Source: Alphaproteobacteria bacterium (GTDB lineage: Bacteria > Pseudomonadota > Alphaproteobacteria > CALKHQ01). From it: DNA of 64,000 nucleotides. The number at the start of each line of letters is the position of its first letter. The stretch's first letter is position 1. Both the position numbers and the translations under genes were made by a program. Of the stretch, positions 46,799-55,391 are shown in pieces. The stretch is from NCBI GenBank assembly GCA_965227515.1, contig CBDDFZ010000001.1, positions 512,001 through 576,000 on the forward strand, in the 5' to 3' direction. Under the pieces are notes generated by a model that was not told the origin of the DNA, made no database searches, and worked only from the letters and a program-made list of their open reading frames with translations.

Positions 46799-47842
46799 AT
46801 GAACTACTATGCCGGGATTGACGTTTCTTTGGAATGGTCATCGGTATGCGTTGTTGACGGCGCGGGCGGGATTGTCTGCGAGGCTCGTATTGCGAGCACG
46901 CCGGCGGGTTTGTTGTTGTGGTTTGGGTCTTTGGGGATTTCGGTTGAGCGGATTGGTCTTGAGGCGGGGCCGTTGTCGCAATGGCTTGTGCGGGAGTGCG
47001 CGCAGGGCGGTCTTTCGGTTGAGTTGCTGGAGACGCGTCATGTTGCGCGGGCCCTTTCGACGATGCCGGTGAAGTCGGACCGCTCGGACGCACGCGGGAT
47101 TGCTCAGCTGATGCGTGTGGGCTGGTTTCGTCCGGTTCACTGCAAGTCTTTGGCGGCCCAGGAGATGCGGGCCCTTTTGAAGGGTCGCGACCAGCTCCGC
47201 GCGAAGCTGCACGATCTTGAGATGCACCTTCGTGGTCAGCTGCGGAACTTCGGGCTGAAGGTAGGGCACACCACCAGGCGCAGCTTTTCGACACGTATTT
47301 CGGAGCTTGTGGCGGGGCATCCGGTACTGGAGGCGGTGGCGGGGGCGCTGCTGTCGGCACGCGATGGCCTGTTGCTATCGTTCACGGCGCTGGACCGGCA
47401 GGTCCGGGCGGCGGCGCAGGCCGACGATCGCGCTCGCCTGCTGATGACGGTGCCGGGCGTGGGGAGCATTGTCGGACTGACCTACTTGTCGGGAGTGGAC
47501 GACCCCGGGCGGTTTGCCTCGTCGCGCCTGGTGGGTGCGCACTTCGGCCTGACGCCGACCAAGCGCCAGTCGGGCGAGAGCGAGGTGATGGGGCGGATAT
47601 CGAAGGTAGGGGACGCCGATGTGCGCTCGGCCCTCTATGAGGCGGCACACGTGGTTCTGACCCGGCCGATCGAGGGCGGCTGGCTGAAGAGCTGGGCGAT
47701 GAAGCTGGCCAGGCGTGCGGGCATGAGGAAGGCGAAGGTCGCGCTGGCGCGCCGGCTCGCCGTGATCATGCACCGGATGTGGGTTGACGGCACACCGTTC
47801 AACCATGCCGGACCGGTGCGCCCGGCGATGGCGACAGCATGA
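46799..47842 (+). CDS. IS110-family DEDD recombinase/transposase
   Basis: AGIDVS, GLEAG, KSDRSDARGIA, TVPGVG, FGLTP..QSG, ISKVG, KAKVALARRLA; GAGGAG RBS. Confidence 0.96.
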   Translation: MNYYAGIDVSLEWSSVCVVDGAGGIVCEARIASTPAGLLLWFGSLGISVERIGLEAGPLSQWLVRECAQGGLSVELLETRHVARALSTMPVKSDRSDARGIAQLMRVGWFRPVHCKSLAAQEMRALLKGRDQLRAKLHDLEMHLRGQLRNFGLKVGHTTRRSFSTRISELVAGHPVLEAVAGALLSARDGLLLSFTALDRQVRAAAQADDRARLLMTVPGVGSIVGLTYLSGVDDPGRFASSRLVGAHFGLTPTKRQSGESEVMGRISKVGDADVRSALYEAAHVVLTRPIEGGWLKSWAMKLARRAGMRKAKVALARRLAVIMHRMWVDGTPFNHAGPVRPAMATA

Positions 47843-47874
47843 TGGCCGCGGCATAAGGAGAACCGACACACGAG

Positions 47875-48075
47875 CTTCGACGGGCACCGACACCGGCCCG
47901 TCGAGCGCCGTCCCGCGCCGGGACGATGGATCAGGTCAGGCCGCCATCCGGGATGTCGCCTCGCATGAGAGCACGCTTCCGTAGATTGGACCGACCGATC
48001 CTCGCATATCCATCTTGGCGGCGGCCCTGCGCCGACCCCGTACAGAAGCATGACCCAGGCGCCGGGACGACGAAA
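47875..48075 (+). ncRNA. Predicted bridge/seek RNA of the IS110 element (boundaries approximate)
   Basis: Target-matching segments CCATCCGGG (47944-47952) and GTAG (47981-47984); donor-junction-matching segments CCATCT (48010-48015) and TACAGAAG (48041-48048); each pair flanks an inner hairpin. Confidence 0.8.
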
Positions 48076-48108
48076 AAGGGATTGACCAACAATGGCCCGT
48101 TACAGAAG

Positions 48109-48194
48109 CCCGGATGGAGCGAAGCACAATCCGGGGAAATGGCCACGGCTGGCGCGGAATTACCCCGGGTTCCACTGCGTTCCACCCGGGCTAC
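48109..48194. repeat. GTAG-type REP doublet, first copy interrupted by IS110
   Basis: [GTAG]CCCGGATGGAGCGAAGCACAATCCGGGG plus intact inverted copy GTAGCCCGGGTGGAACGCAGTGGAACCCGGGG (minus strand, 48194-48163). Confidence 0.85.
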
Positions 48195-48209
48195 GGAGAA
48201 ACATCGCCC

Positions 48210-49085
48210 TCAATTCAGTTTCGCGCGCAGTTGCTGGATCAGAGCGGCGGTCAGGTGGCGGCGCGACTGGCTGTCATCGCAGGCGAGCGATTCCTCCAGC
48301 GTCATGACGGCGGCGCGCAGATTGCCGAGTTCGGCATGCAACATCCCCATGTCGCGCCAGGCGAGCGGGTTCTGCGGGCCGATCCAGGTCATCGCCTCCA
48401 CCACGGCCAGCGCGTCCTCGAACCGGCGCTGGCGGATCAACCGCAGGCGCAAATTCTCCTGCAGCCGCATCAGGATGTCCCGGTTGCTCAGGGGCGCGTG
48501 GTGGGCCGGTTCCAGCTCCGCCTGCTCGCCCAGCGCCGCCTTCACCAACCGGCGCAAATCATGGGCTTCCAACAGATTGCCATTGTGGAACGGATCGACG
48601 ACAAGGCGCCCCTCCGCGCCGCTCAGCGCGATCAGGAAATGGCCGGGGAAGTTCATGCCGTCGGCCGGCCAGCCCTGGGCGCGGGCCACGTGCAAGTAGA
48701 TGATCGACAGCGCGACCGGCAGGCCCTTTCGCCGGTCGATCACCCGCAGCAGATTGGCATTCTGCAGGTCGTTATAGGTGTCCTGGTCGCCGCTGTAGCC
48801 ATTGGCCCCGGCGATCACCGCGCGCAGGGTTTCCACCCGTCCCGATAGCCCGTCAGCGCCTTTCAGCGCCACCGCCTCGGCCATCGCCTGCAAATGGCGG
48901 CGATAGTGGTCCAGGTCGGCGCCAGGCCGGGTGAGCAGGCCCAGGCGCAGCGCCACCTCGGTCAGGTCGACGTCCTCGTCGGTCTGGCCGCCGACGTCAC
49001 GCAGATACTGCTTGGTGTCCGTGTCGAGCACGCGGTTCCCGTGGCGGGCGCGCAGCTGTGTGACTCCGGCCGCGGCTTCCATCAC
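48210..49085 (-). CDS. SirB1-family (transglutaminase-like + TPR) protein
   Basis: VIDRRKGLPVALSIIY, GMNFPGHFL, VDPF, ILMR..NL, RDMG. Confidence 0.88.
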   Translation of the reverse strand: MMEAAAGVTQLRARHGNRVLDTDTKQYLRDVGGQTDEDVDLTEVALRLGLLTRPGADLDHYRRHLQAMAEAVALKGADGLSGRVETLRAVIAGANGYSGDQDTYNDLQNANLLRVIDRRKGLPVALSIIYLHVARAQGWPADGMNFPGHFLIALSGAEGRLVVDPFHNGNLLEAHDLRRLVKAALGEQAELEPAHHAPLSNRDILMRLQENLRLRLIRQRRFEDALAVVEAMTWIGPQNPLAWRDMGMLHAELGNLRAAVMTLEESLACDDSQSRRHLTAALIQQLRAKLN

Positions 49086-49124
49086 GCGCCCGCTGCCGCC
49101 GGCCGGGCTATTGTGCCACTCCCG

Positions 49125-49778
49125 CTATTGCGCCGCCACCGTCGCGTGGCTGACCACCTCGCGCACATAGGGCACGTTGCGCGCATGGGCGATCACCCGC
49201 TCAGCCTCCCAGGAGCTGCGCGCCTGACCCATGATGTAGATGATCGCGTTGTGGGTCAGGATGCCGAAGTTCACCGCCTTGATCTCGTTGTCGAACAGCA
49301 GCTTGGACTCCATCCGGCTGGTGATGACGGTGTCCTGTGCCGTGTCGAGAAAGCCCGGGTCGCCGCCGACCGTGAGCTCGTCGATCACTTCGGCCACGCC
49401 CTCGACAGCCGCGGCCAGCGCAATCGCCTCCGCCCGGTCCGCCTCGGTCGCGACATTGCCGACCACCAGCACCCGCCCGTTGCGCACCAGGGTGCTCAGG
49501 TCCCAGAACGAGTCGGTGGCATGGTTCAGCCAGGCGTTGTTGACCTCCACCTGCAGGCCGGCGTCGCTCAGGGTGCCGTCGACGCCGCGGTACTCGGTGG
49601 CCGCCACCCCGGCTCGAGCCCCGGCGCCCAGCAGCATCGTGCCCGGGCCGCACGCGGCCAGGGGCGCGGTCACTGCGCTCAAAAATACCAGCAACAACAA
49701 TGATCGTTTCGCTGCCGAAACAACATTTGCCGTCGGGTGGGTCGAACGTCCTGTCGGCCGGCTGAATACGGTACGCAT
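49125..49778 (-). CDS. Dual-BON-domain lipoprotein (DolP/YraP-like)
   Basis: Lipobox LAAC; GRVLVVGNV..V.GV.EVIDEL; D.VIT..second BON domain. Confidence 0.85.
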   Translation of the reverse strand: MRTVFSRPTGRSTHPTANVVSAAKRSLLLLVFLSAVTAPLAACGPGTMLLGAGARAGVAATEYRGVDGTLSDAGLQVEVNNAWLNHATDSFWDLSTLVRNGRVLVVGNVATEADRAEAIALAAAVEGVAEVIDELTVGGDPGFLDTAQDTVITSRMESKLLFDNEIKAVNFGILTHNAIIYIMGQARSSWEAERVIAHARNVPYVREVVSHATVAAQ

Positions 49779-49791
49779 GGTTTTGGACCCT

Positions 49792-50187
49792 TCATCGCGA
49801 CTCGGGGCGCCATGCATCCACAATATGCCGGGGCAGCCGCCAAGGCGACATGGCGACCACGTCGAAGCGGATGTCGTGGCCGGCCAGCGCAGGCCGGCGG
49901 GCGACATAGCCGCTGGCGGCACGCTCGATGCGCTGCCGCTGCCGGGCGAGCAGCGCACCGGCGGCGGCATCCGTCTCGCCGCGCTGCTTCACCTCCACGA
50001 ACGCCACCACCCGCCCCCGGCGCGCGACGATATCGATCTGGCCGAGGGATGAACGCACGTCGCGCTCGACGATGGCGTAGCCGCGCAACCGCAGCCACAG
50101 CGCCGCCAACGCCTCGGCCCGCAAGCCCCGGCGCTGCGCCCGGACCTGGCGCTGGCGCCGGTCAGCGCCGCGGTTGTCCCTTGTCAT
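49792..50187 (-). CDS. yraN: YraN-family endonuclease
   Basis: G..AE..A...L...GY, GQIDIVA, FVEVK, RFDVV. Confidence 0.9.
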   Translation of the reverse strand: MTRDNRGADRRQRQVRAQRRGLRAEALAALWLRLRGYAIVERDVRSSLGQIDIVARRGRVVAFVEVKQRGETDAAAGALLARQRQRIERAASGYVARRPALAGHDIRFDVVAMSPWRLPRHIVDAWRPESR

Positions 50188-50190
50188 CGT

Positions 50191-51105
50191 TCAACGCGCA
50201 TCGTCATCGCCCGACAGGGCCAGCGCCCGCCGATAGACCTGCCGCCGCGGCAGGTTCATGGCGCCCGCCACCGCGTCGACCGCATCGCGCAGCGACATCG
50301 ATGCCAATGCCGCCTTCAGCGCATCGCCGACACCGGTCTCGTCCGGCGCGTCGCCGGCATTGGCCGCGCCCGGCCCGATCACGAGCACGATCTCGCCCTT
50401 GGGCGCCGGTGCCGCGCCGAAGCGCGCGGCGAGCTCGGCCACCGTGCCCGTTTCCACCGTCTCGTGCAGCTTGGTGAGCTCGCGGCAAACCGCGGCGTCG
50501 CGCGGCCCGAATACCGTTGCCAGCGCCGCCAGGGTGGCGGCGATCCGATGCACCGACTCGAACAGCACGAGTGTGCCGGGCACACCCGCCAGGCCAGCGA
50601 TCGCCTGGCCCCGCGCGCCTGGCTTGGCCGGCAGGAAGCCTGCGAAGTGGAAGGCGTCGGTCGGCAGCCCGGCCACGCAGAGTGCCGCCATCACCGACGA
50701 CGCGCCGGGTGCCACATGAACGGGCGTACCCTGGGCGCGGGCATCGGCGACCAGGCGGTAACCGGGATCGCTGATCAGCGGCGTGCCGGCATCGCTGACC
50801 AGCGCCACCACTTGCCCCTCCGCCAACGCCGCGAGCAGGCGCGGTCGCACTTTCGCCGCATTATGATCGTGATAGGACGTGGTGCGCGTCGCAACGCCGT
50901 AGCGATCCAGCAGGCGGCGGGTGACGCGCGTGTCTTCGCAGGCAACGAGGTCGGCCCCGTTGAGCACGTCCAGCGCCTTCAACGTGATATCGCCCAGATC
51001 GCCGATCGGCGTCGCCACCACATGCAGGCCCGGCGCCGGCGGGCGCCCCGCCGATGGCCAGTTTGCGGGCACCGGCGCGGCTGTGGTGGGTCGTTTACTT
51101 CGCAT
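50191..51105 (-). CDS. rsmI: 16S rRNA C1402 2'-O-methyltransferase
   Basis: VATPIGDLGDIT, CEDTR, SDAGTPLISDPG, RELTKLHE, KGEIV; start uncertain. Confidence 0.93.
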   Translation of the reverse strand: MRSKRPTTAAPVPANWPSAGRPPAPGLHVVATPIGDLGDITLKALDVLNGADLVACEDTRVTRRLLDRYGVATRTTSYHDHNAAKVRPRLLAALAEGQVVALVSDAGTPLISDPGYRLVADARAQGTPVHVAPGASSVMAALCVAGLPTDAFHFAGFLPAKPGARGQAIAGLAGVPGTLVLFESVHRIAATLAALATVFGPRDAAVCRELTKLHETVETGTVAELAARFGAAPAPKGEIVLVIGPGAANAGDAPDETGVGDALKAALASMSLRDAVDAVAGAMNLPRRQVYRRALALSGDDDAR

Positions 51106-51279
51106 GCCGGCCTGGGTAGTTTGCGGGACCGAAAAATCACTCGACGGTCCGTCGGGTGGCGCAAGCATAAATGACGGCGCCATGGCTGGCGACAATGGCC
51201 ACCGCGGCAAGGCGGTAAGGCGATGCCAGAATGGGGTCCAAAAAAGCGGAATCAGGAAGATGAGCGAAAGGGGATGCGC

Positions 51280-52500
51280 ATGACTGGCCAGTTGGCACGA
51301 AATAACGAGGCACGGATCTCTGGAAAGAAGGCAGCCGGCTTGCTGGGCCGCGCCGCAGTTGTACTGGCGACGGCGGGCCTGCTCGCCGCCTGTGGCGCGA
51401 CACAACGGGCCGCCACGCCGCAATTCGGTACCGGTCCGACCGGGCCAGTGGTTGGGCCGGTCCAGACGGCCGCGCCGAACGTCGACGGCCAGGTGACGGT
51501 GGCGATCCTGCTGCCGCTTTCCGGGCCCGACGCCTCGCTTGGCCAGACCATGCTGAACGCTGCCCAGATGGCCGCGGTGGAGACCGGCGGCCAGAACTTC
51601 GTGCTGATCGCCAAGGACACCGGCGGCACGCCCACCGGCGCCACCGCCGCCGCCCAGGCCGCCATTGCCGAGCGCGCGGACCTGATCGTCGGCCCGCTGC
51701 GCGCCGAATCGGTTGCCGCCGTCGGCCCCATCGCCGCCTCTGCCGGCATCAACGTCATCGGCTTCACCTCGGACACCAGCGTGGCCGGCCCCAACGTCTT
51801 CGTCATGGGCTACACCCCGGAAGAGCAGGTCGACCGCATCCTGGCCTATACGGCACGCCAAGGCACCTCGGTAGTCGCCGCCCTGGTGCCGAACAGCCGC
51901 TATGGCAGCGTGGCCATGTCGGCGATGCAGGCGTCCGCCGGCCGCTACGGCGTGGGCGTCGGCACCGTCCAGACCTACGACCAGAGCCAACCCGACCATC
52001 GCGCCTCGGTGGAGCCGCTGCAAAGCGGCGGGTTCGATGCCCTGATGATCCCCGATTCCGGCGGCAGCCTGCAGCGCATCCTGGCGTTCGTCGGCTACTA
52101 CAACATCAACACCCAGGCGCAGATTCTGGGCACCAGCACCTGGTACGACAGCTCGACCCTCAGCGAGCCGGCGTCGGTCGGCGCCATCTTCGCCGGCGTC
52201 GACACCACGTTGCTCGCGAACTTCGAGGCCAAGTATTCCGGCGCCTATGGCGGCCAGCCGCCGCTGGTGGCCGGCCTCGCCTACGATGCGGTGGGCCTCG
52301 CCGCCAGCCTGGGCCGCAATCCCGAGGAGCAGGCCTTCGACCGCAACAACATCGCCAACCCGAACGGTTTCGGCGGTGTACTAGGCGCATTCCGCTTCGG
52401 CGGCAATGGCGTCGCCGAGCACGGCCTGGCGGTGCTGCGGGTGGAGCAGAACGGCTTCAGCGTCATCGATCCGGCACCGGGCAGCTTCATCGGGTTTTAA
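51280..52500 (+). CDS. Penicillin-binding protein activator (LpoA/LppC-like) lipoprotein
   Basis: Lipobox LAAC; VAILLPLSG, DT.GT, IVGPL, LAYDAV, F.G..G.FRF; divergent from rsmI. Confidence 0.85.
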   Translation: MTGQLARNNEARISGKKAAGLLGRAAVVLATAGLLAACGATQRAATPQFGTGPTGPVVGPVQTAAPNVDGQVTVAILLPLSGPDASLGQTMLNAAQMAAVETGGQNFVLIAKDTGGTPTGATAAAQAAIAERADLIVGPLRAESVAAVGPIAASAGINVIGFTSDTSVAGPNVFVMGYTPEEQVDRILAYTARQGTSVVAALVPNSRYGSVAMSAMQASAGRYGVGVGTVQTYDQSQPDHRASVEPLQSGGFDALMIPDSGGSLQRILAFVGYYNINTQAQILGTSTWYDSSTLSEPASVGAIFAGVDTTLLANFEAKYSGAYGGQPPLVAGLAYDAVGLAASLGRNPEEQAFDRNNIANPNGFGGVLGAFRFGGNGVAEHGLAVLRVEQNGFSVIDPAPGSFIGF

Positions 52501-52527
52501 TTAGGACTCAGCTCACGCTGATCGGCT

Positions 52528-52597
52528 CCAGCCCTCTCCCCCACCCGGCCACCCACAGGATACTGTCGTTGGGCGGCCGGGTGGGGGAGAGGGCTGG
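52528..52597. repeat. Palindromic repeat, copy 1
   Basis: CCAGCCCTCTCCCCCACCCGGCCACCC-loop-GGGCGGCCGGGTGGGGGAGAGGGCTGG; second copy at 58889-58959. Confidence 0.85.
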
Positions 52598-52615
52598 CGC
52601 AGACTTGTTTGGAAC

Positions 52616-53803
52616 CTAACTCAGAAGATAACCCAGGACCGCATTGAGGCGGCGCGCGCCCTGCGCCGTGGCGCGGACGTGCGTGCCGTCGCAGTGGAGA
52701 TCGCCTGACCCGACCATCGCGTCGAGCCGGCTCGGAGGGATCAACGGGCTGTCCACGCCAGCCTCGATCGCGGCCAGATCCACCCCTTCGGTGAGCCTGA
52801 GCCCCATCATCAGCCGCTCTTCCGCCAGCATGCGGGGCTCAAGCGGGTCGCAGGCCCGCATGCCGTGGCCGTTGGCGGCCACCGCCTTCTGCCATGCCTC
52901 CGGCGCGCGTATGTTCTCGGTGGCCCGCCGGCCGCGGTCCCCGTGTGGCAATCGCCCATGCGCCCCCGGCCCGACGCCGACATAGGGGGCGTGGCGCCAG
53001 TAGGTCAGATTATGACAACATTCCTGACCTGCCCGCGCGTGGTTGGAGGTTTCATAGGCCGGCAGCCCCGCCTCTGAGGTCATCACCGCGGTCAGATCGA
53101 ACAACGCCGCCCCGGCATCGTCGTCCAGCGGGCTCAATTCGCCGCGCGCAACAGCGCGGGCAAACCCGGTGCCGGGCTCGATGGTGAGCTGGTAGAGCGA
53201 CAAATGTCCCGCGCCCACCGCCAGCGCATCCGACAGCGCCGCACGCCACGACGCCGGCGACTGGCCCGGCAACGCATAGATCATGTCGAAGCTGAAGCGT
53301 GGGAACCGTCGCGCCGCCATCTCTACCGCCGCCCGCGCCTCCGCCGCGCTGTGACGCCGGCCCAGAAACGCGAGCGTGTCGTCATCGAACGACTGCACGC
53401 CGATGGAGACCCGATTGACCCCGGCAGCGGCGAAATCGGCAAACCGGCCGGCCTCTGCGGAGCCTGGATTTGCCTCCACCGTAACCTCCACAATTGGATC
53501 GACGGACCATAGTTCCGCCACCGCGTCGATCACCGCCCCGGCCGCCTTACCGCTCATCAACGATGGCGTGCCACCCCCAAAAAAGATGCTCGTGACCCTA
53601 TTATTCTGGGTCTCATACGCAAAATAGGCCAATTCACGCCGAATGGCCGCGACCCAGGCCGCCTCATCGAAAGCGTCGCGCACGTGGCTGTTGAAGTCGC
53701 AGTAGGGGCACTTGGAGGCGCAATAGGGCCAGTGCACATAGATGCCGAACAGCGCGTCGGCCGCGTCGACGGACGGCCTGACTTGGTAGTCCCCTGTTGG
53801 CAT
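52616..53803 (-). CDS. hemW: Radical SAM heme chaperone HemW
   Basis: YVHWPYCASKCPYCDFNS, FFGGGTPS, EANP, HLSLYQLTIE, YETSNHA, HNLTYW; start 53803 or 53821. Confidence 0.93.
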   Translation of the reverse strand: MPTGDYQVRPSVDAADALFGIYVHWPYCASKCPYCDFNSHVRDAFDEAAWVAAIRRELAYFAYETQNNRVTSIFFGGGTPSLMSGKAAGAVIDAVAELWSVDPIVEVTVEANPGSAEAGRFADFAAAGVNRVSIGVQSFDDDTLAFLGRRHSAAEARAAVEMAARRFPRFSFDMIYALPGQSPASWRAALSDALAVGAGHLSLYQLTIEPGTGFARAVARGELSPLDDDAGAALFDLTAVMTSEAGLPAYETSNHARAGQECCHNLTYWRHAPYVGVGPGAHGRLPHGDRGRRATENIRAPEAWQKAVAANGHGMRACDPLEPRMLAEERLMMGLRLTEGVDLAAIEAGVDSPLIPPSRLDAMVGSGDLHCDGTHVRATAQGARRLNAVLGYLLS

Positions 53804-53839
53804 TGACCCGGATTGGTCCATTCGTTTCAGGCCGGGGTC

Positions 53840-55246
53840 TCAGGCAACGGCGCGCGATGCCGGTGGGTCCTCGACCCGCTCCGCCGGGAAGTGGATCGTC
53901 GCGGTCGTGCCGCTGCCGGGCGCACTCACCATCGACAGATGGCCGCCATGCAGCTCGACCAGCTGCTTCACCAGCGGCAGGCCCAGGCCGGTGCCCTGCA
54001 CCTGCTTGTTATAGACGTCGCCGACCTGGACGAACGGCAGCATCGCCTGGTTCAGTTCATGCGGGGTCATGCCGGTACCGGTGTCGGCAACCGAAAGCGT
54101 CAGGCCGCCGTCCGTGTCGCGCGCGTAGGCGACCCGCACGCGCCCGCCGCGCGGTGTGAACTTCATCGCGTTCGACATCAGGTTGATCAGGATCTGGCGC
54201 ATCCGGCGCTCATCGGCGCGCACGCAAATATCGGGAACAGTCGCGTCGGGCCAGTCCACGGCCACCCCGGCCTGGCCGGCCGCCGGCGCCAGCAACTGGA
54301 TGCAGGCCTTGATCGATGCATGCAAGCTGACCTTTTCCTCATGCAGGTTCAACTGACCGGCCTCCGCCTTGGAGAGGTCGAGCAGGTCGTTGATCAGGTC
54401 GAGCAGGTGGGTGCCGCTTTCATGGATCATGCCGGCATATTCGGTCTGCCGGCGCGTCGGCTCCTTGCCCAGGATGCCGAGCTTGATCATTTCGGAGAAG
54501 CCGATCACGGCGTTCAGCGGCGTGCGCAGTTCGTGGCTGACATTGGCCAGAAAGGCCGACTTCGCCTCATTGGCCAGTTCGGCCGTGTCGCGGGCGGCAC
54601 GCAGGTTTTCGGCCAATGCCGCGCGTTCGAATCGCAGCCAAACCGCATCCCTTTGGCTCTTGTGGTGCTCCAGCCCGACCTTGATCAGATAGACCAGATA
54701 GCAGAGCACCAGCACTTCCAGCGCCACCATCGTCTCGCCGCCGACCATGGCGCAGCCGACCAGCAGCTCCGCCAGCGTCAGCGTGGGGACCACCAGAACG
54801 CCGATCTTCTGCGTCGATACCTGGATGATCGACGCACCGACCAGGCCAGTGATGGCACAGGCCACGAAAGCCTGCCCGATGGGGTCTAGCTGGTACATGA
54901 ACAACGGCGCCAGGCTGCCCCAGGCCCCCATCGTCACGGCCATGCTGACGAAGTAGTACCATCCCCAGCGTGGATAGTGTTCCAGCGGCGGCCGCTTCAG
55001 CTTCCATTTCAGCAGCAACGCCGACCGCACGAGCAGCACGGCAACCATGGCCCCGGCCCAGATCCAGGGGTCTGGACCGGCAATACGGGTTTGCAGCGCG
55101 TATAGGAGGGCCGCCAGAATAATCGGCGTCAGAACGGTGGAGGTGGCCACCATGCGCCAGGCATTGGCGACCAACTCGGCGTCTGTGCGTGCCGCAAGCG
55201 TGGCGGCACTGCTGCCACCATCCGTCGCTCTGGCTTGATCTCGCAA
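53840..55246 (-). CDS. Orphan multi-TM sensor histidine kinase (HisKA-HATPase, PleC/DivJ-like H-box)
   Basis: About 5-6 TM helices; ANEAKSAFLANVSHELRTPLNAVIGFSE, NAMKFT, DTGTG, GTGLGL; TTG start after GGAGG. Confidence 0.88.
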   Translation of the reverse strand: MRDQARATDGGSSAATLAARTDAELVANAWRMVATSTVLTPIILAALLYALQTRIAGPDPWIWAGAMVAVLLVRSALLLKWKLKRPPLEHYPRWGWYYFVSMAVTMGAWGSLAPLFMYQLDPIGQAFVACAITGLVGASIIQVSTQKIGVLVVPTLTLAELLVGCAMVGGETMVALEVLVLCYLVYLIKVGLEHHKSQRDAVWLRFERAALAENLRAARDTAELANEAKSAFLANVSHELRTPLNAVIGFSEMIKLGILGKEPTRRQTEYAGMIHESGTHLLDLINDLLDLSKAEAGQLNLHEEKVSLHASIKACIQLLAPAAGQAGVAVDWPDATVPDICVRADERRMRQILINLMSNAMKFTPRGGRVRVAYARDTDGGLTLSVADTGTGMTPHELNQAMLPFVQVGDVYNKQVQGTGLGLPLVKQLVELHGGHLSMVSAPGSGTTATIHFPAERVEDPPASRAVA

Positions 55247-55391
55247 AGGCCGCCTCCATCAACCGAACTGCCGCCGCCGCGCGGCGCCAGCACAATCGTG
55301 GCGGATTATTACCAAACCGACCGTAACCTAATCCCAAACGCGCGTCACGATGTGCGCTACCGCCGGTAGGCTGGCCGATCTACAGCTTCAA

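Larger units (their letters stand above)
46687..48108 (+). mobile_element. IS110-family element (IS1111-type: subterminal IRs, 3' non-coding region) inserted at an AG core in a REP
   Basis: AG at 46687-46688 and 48107-48108; subterminal IRs TAACGGCCCTTGTTTGG (46695-46711) and CCAACAATGGCCCGTTA (48086-48102); removing the element restores GTAGCCCGGATGGAGCG. Confidence 0.9.

Noticed and set aside
47926-48185. Small ORFs in the IS110 3' region
   Set aside because: They cross the element boundary, have no motifs, and the region is better explained as structured RNA.
48210-52500. SirB1-BON-yraN-rsmI-lpoA cluster as a novel system
   Set aside because: Corresponds to the known conserved yra-type neighbourhood.
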